A stretch of DNA of 64,000 bases from Nitrososphaeria archaeon. GTDB taxonomy: Archaea; Thermoproteota; Nitrososphaeria; JACIWG01. The stretch lies in NCBI GenBank assembly GCA_026413865.1, contig JAOAKB010000005.1:803-64802 (forward strand), written 5' to 3'. The first letter of the stretch is position 1. Every line of letters begins with the position of its first letter. This document shows positions 20,008 through 29,158 of this stretch, piece by piece. The notes under the pieces are model-generated. The model did no database searches. It saw only the letters and a program-made list of their open reading frames with translations, and was not told the DNA's origin. The position numbers and the translations under genes were made by a program.

Positions 20008-21108
20008 ATGATAGTAAAATTTTTTAAAACAACCATACTTTTTCTGGCAATACTTTTATCTTTCATTATAGTCTTAGGCTTATTAAACTTTCTACTACAT
20101 TATATAGAAGATTCCCTCTTTAGAATATATTCTACCATTACTTTCATTTTATTTTATTCAACTTTTCTCTTTTATGTAACTGGTATTTTATTGAAAGTTA
20201 AGGTCTTCTACAACTTTTATTATCGTTTTAAAAAAGCCTTAAAATACTCTCTTTTGATTTTCTTCTCTTACACTCTACCCTATATCTTATTTAAAAATAA
20301 TATTGTAGCAGTAACTTTGAATCTTTTAACAATCTCATTGTATATTATTTCCAAAACAAAGTTATTTTTCTTTAGAACACATTTTACAAGTTACAAATTT
20401 TGTGATGGGTTTTTGGTTGAAGGCTTTTTTATAAAAAGGGTTCATCTAATAATACAGGTTTATCCCTCTCTTTCCCATGATACTGTGGCCAGTAGGCTCT
20501 GTAGGTTTGGTGAAGTCTTTCTTTTAAAATATCCTCTCGGTTTTGTTATGTTGTTTAAATGTAGTAGTTTGTGTCTTTCATATAGTTTTTGGAAAAGGTT
20601 TCTTCAAAAACGTTTTCTGGCACAGTTTAAGGATTTTGTTCCATTCTTTTGTCATTTTAGAATATTATCATGTAAAGAAGTTAAAGAAATTTTGGGTAGA
20701 AGGTATGTTCAAGCCGAATATTCTAATTTAAAAGATTTTTTATCATTTGACATGATATATTTTACTAAAAGTAGAAAGTATTTTAAGTGTGCTATATTTT
20801 TGGTGAATTCTTATGGCTCAAATATTCTTTCTCTAGAGAAGGAGGGTGCCAAATTTTTTGAGGTAGACCATTTTCCTGAATGCAAACTCTACTGGAATGG
20901 CTTCTATTCTTTTTTGAAGTCTCTTTACACATATAGTCGTATTTTTGAACATTATGGCTTTTGTCCTGTAAAGGCTGATATTGTTAGGGAAGGTGACTGT
21001 TTTAGAGTTAAAATTCTGTCTTCTCCCCCGATTTTTTTGGAACCTGATCAGTTAAATCTTCAGCTTACATTATATTCTCTTAATACTAGTGTAATGCAAA
21101 AAGGTTAA
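20008..21108 (+). CDS. Membrane protein, ~4 N-terminal TM helices + Cys-containing C-terminal domain
   Basis: Hydrophobic segments in residues 1-120. No recognisable family. Co-directional, 17 nt after the ATPase gene. Confidence 0.5.
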   Translation: MIVKFFKTTILFLAILLSFIIVLGLLNFLLHYIEDSLFRIYSTITFILFYSTFLFYVTGILLKVKVFYNFYYRFKKALKYSLLIFFSYTLPYILFKNNIVAVTLNLLTISLYIISKTKLFFFRTHFTSYKFCDGFLVEGFFIKRVHLIIQVYPSLSHDTVASRLCRFGEVFLLKYPLGFVMLFKCSSLCLSYSFWKRFLQKRFLAQFKDFVPFFCHFRILSCKEVKEILGRRYVQAEYSNLKDFLSFDMIYFTKSRKYFKCAIFLVNSYGSNILSLEKEGAKFFEVDHFPECKLYWNGFYSFLKSLYTYSRIFEHYGFCPVKADIVREGDCFRVKILSSPPIFLEPDQLNLQLTLYSLNTSVMQKG

Positions 21109-21140
21109 ATTAACTTAAATTCTATGCAAGTTCGATATAT

Positions 21141-22475
21141 TTGGAAAAGTTGGATGGCTATTCTGGTGCACTGAAAAGGCTTTTGGAGGAAAATAATGTT
21201 AGAGCTGGTGATGTTGTAAAAGTTGTTACAGGTGAGAGGGAATATGTTGGTACCATTATACCAAGGTACGAGTATGCTTCACAAGATTTTTTGACTTTGA
21301 AGCTTTTGAACGGCTACAATATTGGTATTAGTTTAGATAAAATATTATCCATCACCCTTATTGAAAAACATTCTCCTCCATCATTTAAATCTACGCCACC
21401 AGAGTTTAAGAGCAAAAATTTGCCTAAAGCCGTTATAGTTAGTACTGGTGGAACTATAGCGAGTAGGGTTGATTATAGGACTGGAGGTGTTAGGCCTGCT
21501 CTATCTGCCTTCGACCTACTGTCTGTTGTCCCCGAGCTTGCAGAAATTGCTAAGGTCGATGCTGAAGTACTTTTCAGCATGTACAGTGAAAATATGACGC
21601 AGTCTAATTGGACTATTTTAGCTAAAAAGCTTCACGATTATGTAAGCAAAGGCTATGAGGGTGTTGTAGTAACACATGGTACTGATACCATGGGCTATAC
21701 TGCTGCAGCATTAAGCTTTGCTTTAAAAAATACTCCTGTTCCAATTGTGCTGGTTGGTTCTCAAAGGTCATCTGATAGGCCTTCCTCTGACGCTTCATCA
21801 AACCTTATTTCTGCAATGCGTACTTCAATAGAGGCTCCTTTTTCCGGAGTTTATGTGCTTATGCATGGCTGGGTTTCAGATGAAAGGATGGAGGTCCATT
21901 TGGGTACAAAGGTTAGGAAGATGCATACTAGTAGAAGGGACGCATTTAAATCAATTAATATTAAGCCAGCAGCAATCTACGAGAATGGAAGAATTCATGT
22001 AATATTGGATAATCTGCCAAAGAGGAAGGTTCCATCCAGTTTTGAAATATTTCCAAACTTTGATGATAGAGTTGCTCTTATAAAATTTTATCCAAACATG
22101 GATCCAGAAATCTTCTTGTACTTGCTTGATAGAGGCTATAGAGGTATTGTCTTGGAAGGTTTTGGTCTCGGACATGTGAGTAGTAGAGCGATTTCGGTTT
22201 TGAAAAAGATTATTAGAGATGGAGTGTTTGTTTTTATGACTTCACAGTGTATTTTTGGAAGGGTTAGATTGACTGTATACGATACTGGAAGAGACCTTCT
22301 TGAAGTAGGCGTTATACCTTTGGAGGATATGCTTTCTGAAACTGCATTTGTTAAACTTTCATGGTGTCTTGGAAACTTTGAAGAAGATAGGGTTTTGGAT
22401 ATTATGAAAGCCAATATTGCATACGAGTTTTCTTCTAGAACCTTTTTGGAAGAGGGTGAACGTTTTGGAGACTAG
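21141..22475 (+). CDS. gatD: Glutamyl-tRNA(Gln) amidotransferase subunit D
   Basis: Asparaginase-type motifs STGGTIAS and HGTDTM. 444 aa. Followed by gatE. Confidence 0.9.
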   Translation: MEKLDGYSGALKRLLEENNVRAGDVVKVVTGEREYVGTIIPRYEYASQDFLTLKLLNGYNIGISLDKILSITLIEKHSPPSFKSTPPEFKSKNLPKAVIVSTGGTIASRVDYRTGGVRPALSAFDLLSVVPELAEIAKVDAEVLFSMYSENMTQSNWTILAKKLHDYVSKGYEGVVVTHGTDTMGYTAAALSFALKNTPVPIVLVGSQRSSDRPSSDASSNLISAMRTSIEAPFSGVYVLMHGWVSDERMEVHLGTKVRKMHTSRRDAFKSINIKPAAIYENGRIHVILDNLPKRKVPSSFEIFPNFDDRVALIKFYPNMDPEIFLYLLDRGYRGIVLEGFGLGHVSSRAISVLKKIIRDGVFVFMTSQCIFGRVRLTVYDTGRDLLEVGVIPLEDMLSETAFVKLSWCLGNFEEDRVLDIMKANIAYEFSSRTFLEEGERFGD

Positions 22476-24354
22476 ACCTTTTAAGGCTAAAGTTGGGCTG
22501 GAGCTTCATCAGCAGCTTAATGTTGGAAGAAAACTTTTCTGCGACTGTCCTATAATGGAATATGCTGAGGCTGAGTACAAGATTTTAAGGTATCTTAGGC
22601 CAACTCAAAGTGAGCTTGGGGAAGTTGATCCTGCTGTAATGTTTGAGTTTAGAAAGAATAAGGCTAACATTTACATCTACAATAGTAAAGCCTCTTGTCT
22701 TGTAGAATGTGATGAAGAGCCTCCTCATCCAATAAACATGGATGCTGTTAAGGCTGCTATTACTGTTGCATTAGCTTTAGGTTCCAAGGTTGTGGAAGAG
22801 CTTCATGTCATGAGAAAGATTGTTATTGACGGCTCCAACACTACTGGTTTTCAACGTACTGTTCTTGTTGCCTTAGATGGTGTTTTAAAGGCTGATGATA
22901 TAGAAGTTCCTGTTCAAACTATATCTGTTGAAGAGGATGCTGCAAGACTTGTTGAGGAAAGAGATGATGCTAAAGTTTTTTCTCTTGACCGCCTGGGTGT
23001 TCCCTTGATTGAAATTTCTTTGGCGCCTATTGAAGCTGATCCAAAGACTGTTGAAAGGGTTGCTTTGGCTCTTGGAAGGCTTTTGCGTTTAACAGGTTTT
23101 GCTGCTAGAGGTATTGGAACAATAAGACAGGATATTAACATTTCAATTGAAGGCTTTCCCCCTTGTGAGGTTAAGGGTGTGCAGAAGCTTGACCTTATAC
23201 CGAAGATTATAGAATATGAGATGATGAGACAATATCATCTTTATAATGTTGCAAGGCTTTTGAAAGAGAAGGGGTTAGACTCTATTTCTTCTATAGGCGA
23301 ATATGTTGATGTAACTTGCCTTTTTGAAGGGGCTAGCTCTAGGATTGTTAGAAATGCTTTAGATAATGGGAAGAAGGTTTATGGGATAAAGCTTAAAGGC
23401 TTCAGGGGTCTTTTTAAAATGGAGCCTTATCCCAATGTTAGGCTTGGTCTAGAGTTGGCTGACATGGCTAGAGCGTATGGTTTAGGTGGCATAATACATT
23501 CTGACGAACTTCCAGCTTATGGAATAAGTTCAGAGGATGTTGAAAGGGTTAAAGCTTATCTTTCAGTTGAAGAGTCTGATGCATTTGTCCTTGTATTGGC
23601 TGGGGAAAGAGATTATGATGCCTTATCAGCATTAAGGCAGAGGATGTTAAGGTTCTTTGAAGGCCCTGTTCCCGAAACTAGGGGTCCTACTGGGGATGGT
23701 AGGACAAGATATTCTAGGCCTAGGCCTGGTTCTGCTAGAATGTATCCTGAAACTGACATACCATTGATAAGGGTTACAAGAGAGCTAATTGAAGAATGTA
23801 GAAAGTTTGTTCCAAAACCATGGAGTGAAGTACTAAGAGATTATATGCAGAAGTATGGTTTAAATGAGAAACTTGCGAACCAGATTCTTGATTCAGTATA
23901 CCTTGGCCTCTTTGAAAAAGTGTGTTCTATGACAAAGCTTTCTCCCACATTGGTTGCTGTTGTTTTAACAGAACATTTGGTGACTGTTAGTAGAGAGGGT
24001 TTAGACATATCTGTATTGGATGAGGGAATGTTGTTTGAACTTTTTCAGCTACTTGACTCTGGGCGGGTTTCAAAGGAGAGTGTTATTGACATATTAAAGT
24101 GTATGTGTAAAGAAGGTGTAAGTGCAGGTGATTGTGTTAAAAGGCTTGGTTTAAAGCCGATTTCTGAAGAGGACTTAGCGAAAATGGTTCATGAAACGGT
24201 AGTGTCAAATAGGGCTATTGTTGAATCTTTGAAGGAGAGAAGTTTTGGTCCCTTGATGGGAATGTTGATGGAGAAGGTAAGGGGTAAGGCTGATGGTGGG
24301 AAGGTTTCTAGACTTTTAAAGGAGGAAATAGCAAAACTCTTGCAAAACATTTGA
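22456..24354 (+). CDS. gatE: Glutamyl-tRNA(Gln) amidotransferase subunit E
   Basis: GLELHQQL N-terminal motif and GatB/E core plus C-terminal YqeY-like tail. GTG at 22456 (or TTG at 22465) preferred to the 22417 ORF-track start, which lies deep inside gatD. Confidence 0.9.
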   Translation: MNVLETRPFKAKVGLELHQQLNVGRKLFCDCPIMEYAEAEYKILRYLRPTQSELGEVDPAVMFEFRKNKANIYIYNSKASCLVECDEEPPHPINMDAVKAAITVALALGSKVVEELHVMRKIVIDGSNTTGFQRTVLVALDGVLKADDIEVPVQTISVEEDAARLVEERDDAKVFSLDRLGVPLIEISLAPIEADPKTVERVALALGRLLRLTGFAARGIGTIRQDINISIEGFPPCEVKGVQKLDLIPKIIEYEMMRQYHLYNVARLLKEKGLDSISSIGEYVDVTCLFEGASSRIVRNALDNGKKVYGIKLKGFRGLFKMEPYPNVRLGLELADMARAYGLGGIIHSDELPAYGISSEDVERVKAYLSVEESDAFVLVLAGERDYDALSALRQRMLRFFEGPVPETRGPTGDGRTRYSRPRPGSARMYPETDIPLIRVTRELIEECRKFVPKPWSEVLRDYMQKYGLNEKLANQILDSVYLGLFEKVCSMTKLSPTLVAVVLTEHLVTVSREGLDISVLDEGMLFELFQLLDSGRVSKESVIDILKCMCKEGVSAGDCVKRLGLKPISEEDLAKMVHETVVSNRAIVESLKERSFGPLMGMLMEKVRGKADGGKVSRLLKEEIAKLLQNI

Positions 24355-24411
24355 TTGCTATCAAAAGTTCATTTAACCTTTATATCATGGTATGGGAGAG
24401 TTTTGTAGAAA

Positions 24412-24873
24412 ATGCGTTTAAAAATAAAGATTGGTTCATCAGAAATAGAATTTGAAGGAGACTTAAAAGAGATATCTTCGATATTAGATATTATACCAAA
24501 GATAATAGATGCTACGAAAGGTGCTTCACAATATGTCCTGTCAGCTCCAATATCACAGCCTAATCAAAAGACTGAAATGGTTGAGCAGGAGCCTACATCT
24601 GAAGAGTTACCTACAATCCAAATTTCTAAAGACGATTCTATAGCAGACATTATAATGAAGATAATGAACTCTCCTTGGGGTAGAAAGCCTAGGCGTCTCG
24701 AAGATATTAAGAAGTCTCTTGAAACATTAGGTTTTCCACTTACACGTTCAACTGTTGCAGTAACCCTCTTACGTTTAACGCAGTCAGGTAAGCTTAGAAG
24801 GTTTAAGGATGATAAGGGTGAATTCTGTTATTCAACATTAACATCAAATGTTGATGTTCCAGTGCAAACGTAA
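24412..24873 (+). CDS. Small protein, conserved N-terminal beta motif + C-terminal winged helix (paralogue A)
   Basis: N-terminus RLKIKIGSSEIEFEGD. C-terminus RRLEDIKKSLETLGFPLTRSTVAVTLLRLTQSGKLRR. Same architecture as the next two genes. Confidence 0.5.
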   Translation: MRLKIKIGSSEIEFEGDLKEISSILDIIPKIIDATKGASQYVLSAPISQPNQKTEMVEQEPTSEELPTIQISKDDSIADIIMKIMNSPWGRKPRRLEDIKKSLETLGFPLTRSTVAVTLLRLTQSGKLRRFKDDKGEFCYSTLTSNVDVPVQT

Positions 24874-24922
24874 AATTTTTTAACGAAATTCATAAATCTT
24901 AGCTCTTGTAAGGTAATGTATA

Positions 24923-25423
24923 ATGTCTGAACAAAATAAGATTAATGTTACTGTAACATATGGCCTCCTTAGAGCAGAGTTTTCAGGTTCTCCTGAAGAG
25001 GTTGTCCGATTCTTTAACCAATTTATTACACAACAGCTTCCACAATATGATCTTGCTCAAAAGATATCATTAAACTTTAGCCTAAACGATATAATGCTCT
25101 CTTTCTCGAATTTTATAAGGATCACTCCAGAAGGTGCAAAGGTTTGGCAAACGGACTTAAGTGATAAAGAGATTATAGCTCTACAGCTTGTAGCTTCAAA
25201 GATAGAATATCTGCTAAATAGGCGTTTGAGAGAAAGTATGCAGTTGCAGGAAATACAGTCTTCAACTGGCATAAACGCTAAAAGTGTTAGTTCTAGGATA
25301 AGTGAGCTTGTGAAAGCGAACTGTGTTGAAAGGATTCCTTTAGAAAAGGGTAACGCCTACAAAATAACAACAATGGGTATAGAATGGCTTAGGCAACAGC
25401 TTCAAAAGAAAGTAAAAAGCTAA
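24923..25423 (+). CDS. Small protein, conserved N-terminal beta motif + C-terminal winged helix (paralogue B)
   Basis: N-terminus INVTVTYGLLRAEFSGS. C-terminus MQLQEIQSSTGINAKSVSSRISELVKANCVER. Confidence 0.5.
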   Translation: MSEQNKINVTVTYGLLRAEFSGSPEEVVRFFNQFITQQLPQYDLAQKISLNFSLNDIMLSFSNFIRITPEGAKVWQTDLSDKEIIALQLVASKIEYLLNRRLRESMQLQEIQSSTGINAKSVSSRISELVKANCVERIPLEKGNAYKITTMGIEWLRQQLQKKVKS

Positions 25424-25433
25424 AGATAAGAAA

Positions 25434-25811
25434 CTATACTGGAGGCTTTTTCTGAACATAGTGGTAGTTTCTAGGCTCACCCTCTCTTGTCAGAACACCT
25501 TCTCTAACAAGGTCTGTTAAAGCATGTGATATTGCTGACCTATCATAATGGTATCCCCTTCTAGCAAGCTCCTCGTCAACTTCAGAAAGTCTTCTTGAAA
25601 CCATAAACCATCCCTCTCTCCACATCTTCTCAAGTAGTCCTCTGCATGTTACTCCACCAAAATCTTTTCCTTCATGAACTGTACCTGTTTGTGTGCTTTC
25701 TTCAAAACTTCCTAAAACCTTTGAAACAACTTCGGCAACCTTCTCTTCGTCACATTCTATCTCTATTTCCCAGCTTCCTCTTTTTAACTTTATTTTAACT
25801 AGGTTGTTCAA
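25434..25811 (-). CDS. Small protein, conserved N-terminal beta motif + C-terminal winged helix (paralogue C)
   Basis: N-terminus VKIKLKRGSWEIEIECD. C-terminus LSEVDEELARRGYHYDRSAISHALTDLVREGVLTRE. Divergent from nurA. Confidence 0.5.
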   Translation of the reverse strand: MNNLVKIKLKRGSWEIEIECDEEKVAEVVSKVLGSFEESTQTGTVHEGKDFGGVTCRGLLEKMWREGWFMVSRRLSEVDEELARRGYHYDRSAISHALTDLVREGVLTREGEPRNYHYVQKKPPV

Positions 25812-25895
25812 ACAACACCACCATATTGTTGTTGTTCAAGTTGCGCAACATTTAAATCCTTCCTCTGCCCACCCATATTGTTCAACATGAACAAC
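25803..25895. promoter_or_regulatory. Repeat-rich divergent promoter/operator candidate between wHTH paralogue C and nurA
   Basis: TTGTTCAA at 25804, 25832 and 25878. CCATATTGTT at 25821 and 25873. Palindromes GTTGTT-CA-AACAAC (25803-25816) and TTGTTCA-ACA-TGAACAA (25878-25894). Confidence 0.4.
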
Positions 25896-26927
25896 AAAAT
25901 AAATCTTCCTATCGAAGGCGGGAGAGAAACTAGCTTAATACTATCAAGTAATATAATCAATTATCTGACAGACTTTAAACGGGTTTTTGGAAAAAAGGTT
26001 GTTTTTCATGAAAGGGATGCTGGGGAGCTGAAGCCAATATTTTCTATTTCACATTCTCCTTTACAGCTTCAGATAGAACCTTTTGATTTGGTTAAGGTTG
26101 ACTGTAATATTGTTGGAATAGATTCCTCATGTATTTCTATTGGAGAAACTGAGGAGGGTTGCCTTTATTCTGTTAAGTCTGGTGTATTCATCTATTCCTG
26201 TTCTAGGCCTAAAACTTACTACTCTTTTGGACCTTATGTTGTTTATGTGGATGATGATGTTGTTAGGCAAATATATTATCAAAGTCCTGTGAAGGAGAAG
26301 GTTGTAAGGCTTGTATCCTTGGATGCTGAATATGCTAAAAAGTTGATTAGGTTCATTTTTGAAAGGGAAATTTTGAAGCATGTTTGTTCTACTTTAAAAG
26401 ATAGCATCATATTAGTTGATGGTTCACTTAAGTCAACTTCCTTTGAGCTTGAAGGAATATCCTTGAAGAAGATACTTGAAGTTTCTTTAGGGAATGGTAA
26501 TGTTGTTGTTGGTTTTTCTAAAAGTAGTAGGCTTAAGGTTGTTAAAAATATTGCAAACTATATTGAACTATTAAACTATGCTCCAGTAAAGGTTGATGTC
26601 CATCATATTCTTGAAGGTGTTGTTGAAAGGCTTGAAGGTCATGTGTTTGTTGTCAAGTTTAAGAAGCATGGTTATGCTTTTAGAGTTGATGTGCCCTTTG
26701 ATCTTATTTTTGAAGTTGACACAATCTTGGGTAAAATATTATGGAATGACAGTTTTAGATACGGTTATCCTGAGTCTCTTGTTATGGCTCATAATCTTTC
26801 AGTCTTTGACCGTGTTGAAGAAGTTTCTGTGAAAAGTACTATTGCAAAATCTTTGAACATTGTTCAAGTTCCTGCACATAATCTTAGGAAGATGCTGTTG
26901 AATAGCCTAAAGTTTGAGGGGTGTTGA
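25878..26927 (+). CDS. nurA: NurA-like nuclease
   Basis: VGIDSS and ILVDGSL Asp motifs at the spacing expected for the NurA domain. Stop overlaps the herA-like start by 7 nt. ATG at 25887 is an alternative start. Confidence 0.6.
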   Translation: MFNMNNKINLPIEGGRETSLILSSNIINYLTDFKRVFGKKVVFHERDAGELKPIFSISHSPLQLQIEPFDLVKVDCNIVGIDSSCISIGETEEGCLYSVKSGVFIYSCSRPKTYYSFGPYVVYVDDDVVRQIYYQSPVKEKVVRLVSLDAEYAKKLIRFIFEREILKHVCSTLKDSIILVDGSLKSTSFELEGISLKKILEVSLGNGNVVVGFSKSSRLKVVKNIANYIELLNYAPVKVDVHHILEGVVERLEGHVFVVKFKKHGYAFRVDVPFDLIFEVDTILGKILWNDSFRYGYPESLVMAHNLSVFDRVEEVSVKSTIAKSLNIVQVPAHNLRKMLLNSLKFEGC

Positions 26928-28423
26928 ACATTTTGAGGATTGTCTCGAAAGAGGATGATGAAATAATTGTTCTCGCTCTTCCTAGTGAAGAGGTTAAGAA
27001 GGGTGACTATCTTCTAATAGAGGATCCAAACTTTAAGAAGGAGATGGTTGTGCAAGTTTATGATGAAACATATATTGACTCTAACAATTTTTTGGACGAA
27101 ATTGTTAGGGATGAGGTTATAAAGTCTTCTACACCCTCAATAGAAAATGATCCCATGGATATTGGAACACTATCTTATATGCTGATGGACCTACGTTTTC
27201 TAAAATGCAAGATTAGAGGCTGTTTTGAAAACGGCATTTTTGTTTCATCATCAAATTGGCTTCCGTCTAGAGCTTCTTCAAAGATTAAGCGTATTACAGT
27301 AAGTGAATTATATTCTAAAGTTTTTGGAGAAATGGATCTGAATATTGTTATTGGTGTCACATTAGATAATCAGCCTTATAGTATAAGTTTGCATAATCTT
27401 GACGGTCAACTTAATATCATTACAGGAAGAAAGGAGTCTGGAAAATCTCATCTTTCAAAGATTCTTGTTTCAAAGCTTGTTGAAAATGGTGCATATGTTA
27501 TGATTTTTGACATAAACAACGAATACACTGGTATAGGTAAAAGAAGGGATGGTTCAGAAAATGAGATTTCTAAAAAGATTGTGGTCCTTAGGCCTGGAGA
27601 AAACTTCAAATTTTCTATAAAATATATTGGGCGAAGGACTCTTATCAACATATTAGAGAATGTTCTTGATACTCCAGGAGTTACTTTAAGAGAATTTATT
27701 CGTATACTTGACGACCTTGAGTCTAAGGGATGTTTGACGTTAAAGGCTTTAGGTGAAACGATACAGACTTGGAAATGTAATGAGTTTGTTAGGGATGCTA
27801 TGCTTACAAGATACTATTCTCTACTTGCTTCAAAACTTTTTACTGACTCTATTGAAGAATCTTTCAAGTTCGAGGGTGTGTTTGAGCATTTTAAAGACGG
27901 TTTTTCTATGATAATACAGCTTGGTAATAAGCCTCCTATTGCTAGGAGAATTGTGGTTGAAACTGTATTAAACAAAATTTGTGACCTGCTAGAATCAAAT
28001 AGTGTTCCTCCAATATTCCTTTTTGCTGAAGAAGCACATCTGTATCTTAGGGAAACATATTGGGATGACCTAATAACCAGAATGAGACATTATGGCGTTT
28101 TCACTACATTTATCACAAACCAGCCTGATGCAATACCTGTTGGAATATACAGGCAAGCTGACAACATTTTCCTATTCAATTTCATAAACTCTAACGACCT
28201 TGAGATGGTTTCTAAGGCTTCGATGGTTGATACTGAAACTGTAAAGTCTTTAGTTAGAACGCTTCCACCAAGACATTGTCTCGTACTAGGTAAAGCTGCT
28301 GCAAACTTACCATGCTTAATAAAGGTTGTTCAATCAAACTTTCAAGCTTTGGGTGAAACAAAACGTTTTTTCAAGAAACGTGTCCAGTTTGTTGAGACAG
28401 TATCAAATAGGGTTGTATATTAA
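26921..28423 (+). CDS. herA: HerA-like (DUF87/FtsK-HerA superfamily) ATPase
   Basis: N-terminal HAS-barrel-like segment, Walker A ITGRKESGKSHL, Walker B IFLFAEEAHLYL. 500 aa. Confidence 0.75.
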   Translation: MLNILRIVSKEDDEIIVLALPSEEVKKGDYLLIEDPNFKKEMVVQVYDETYIDSNNFLDEIVRDEVIKSSTPSIENDPMDIGTLSYMLMDLRFLKCKIRGCFENGIFVSSSNWLPSRASSKIKRITVSELYSKVFGEMDLNIVIGVTLDNQPYSISLHNLDGQLNIITGRKESGKSHLSKILVSKLVENGAYVMIFDINNEYTGIGKRRDGSENEISKKIVVLRPGENFKFSIKYIGRRTLINILENVLDTPGVTLREFIRILDDLESKGCLTLKALGETIQTWKCNEFVRDAMLTRYYSLLASKLFTDSIEESFKFEGVFEHFKDGFSMIIQLGNKPPIARRIVVETVLNKICDLLESNSVPPIFLFAEEAHLYLRETYWDDLITRMRHYGVFTTFITNQPDAIPVGIYRQADNIFLFNFINSNDLEMVSKASMVDTETVKSLVRTLPPRHCLVLGKAAANLPCLIKVVQSNFQALGETKRFFKKRVQFVETVSNRVVY

Positions 28424-28457
28424 AAATTTTTTAACCCTACAATGTACACTTGCTATC

Positions 28458-29156
28458 ATGTCCTTACAATATGATGAAATTTTAAAGAGGATTATAGGTG
28501 ATATTGTTTTAAGTGATAATGTAGGCTTATCTATGAAAATGTGGCGTGAAAAGTTGAATATAAAGCAGGTTGATTTGGCTAAAAAATTGCATATTTCACC
28601 AGCGGTCTTAAGTGATTACGAAAGTGGTAGGAGGAGTTCTCCTGGAACATCTTTTGTCAAAAAGTATGTTAAAGCTCTTGTTGAACTTGACCAGCAAAAG
28701 AATAAGCTTTTAGGAAAACTTGATGCACCAACAAGTGAGTCAGCAATTCTTTCTATAGGAGAGTATGAGGTTCCAGTTAGTGCTAAAACTATTGCTGAAA
28801 TTTTAAAGGTGAATGTTTTGGGTGGTGAAGACCTTTTGAGCAAGCAAATATACGGTTACACGGTCTTAGATAGTATTAAGACAATTCTCTCAATGTCAGG
28901 GTTAGATTTTATAAAAATATTTGGCTTCAACTCTGAACGTGTTCTCGTGTTCACTAAAGTTGGTTTAGGTCGTTCACCTATTGTTGCTGTAAGAGTTTCT
29001 CAGATAAAGCCTAGAATGGTAATATTGCATGGTCCAAAGCAGGTTGACCCTCTTGCTATTGAAATTTCTAAAAAAGAAAGAATAATATTTGGGGTTTCAT
29101 CTCTTGAAACAGAGTCTGAAATAATCTCGAATCTTTCAAAATTGAATATGAAATAG
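28458..29156 (+). CDS. XRE-family HTH transcriptional regulator with C-terminal uncharacterised domain (COG1395-like)
   Basis: HTH MWREKLNIKQVDLAKKLHISPAVLSDYESGRR. The ATG at 28458 avoids a 98-nt overlap with herA. Confidence 0.65.
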   Translation: MSLQYDEILKRIIGDIVLSDNVGLSMKMWREKLNIKQVDLAKKLHISPAVLSDYESGRRSSPGTSFVKKYVKALVELDQQKNKLLGKLDAPTSESAILSIGEYEVPVSAKTIAEILKVNVLGGEDLLSKQIYGYTVLDSIKTILSMSGLDFIKIFGFNSERVLVFTKVGLGRSPIVAVRVSQIKPRMVILHGPKQVDPLAIEISKKERIIFGVSSLETESEIISNLSKLNMK

Positions 29157-29158
29157 GT

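Noticed and set aside
22417-22455. N-terminal extension of gatE as given in the ORF track
   Set aside because: It would overlap gatD by 59 nt. Recognisable GatE sequence begins around PFKAKVGLELHQQL, a few residues after the GTG at 22456 and TTG at 22465 that sit at the gatD stop.
28326-28457. N-terminal extension of the XRE-family regulator overlapping herA by 98 nt
   Set aside because: The internal ATG at 28458 (MSLQYDEILKR...) lies after the herA stop and gives a conventional gene arrangement.
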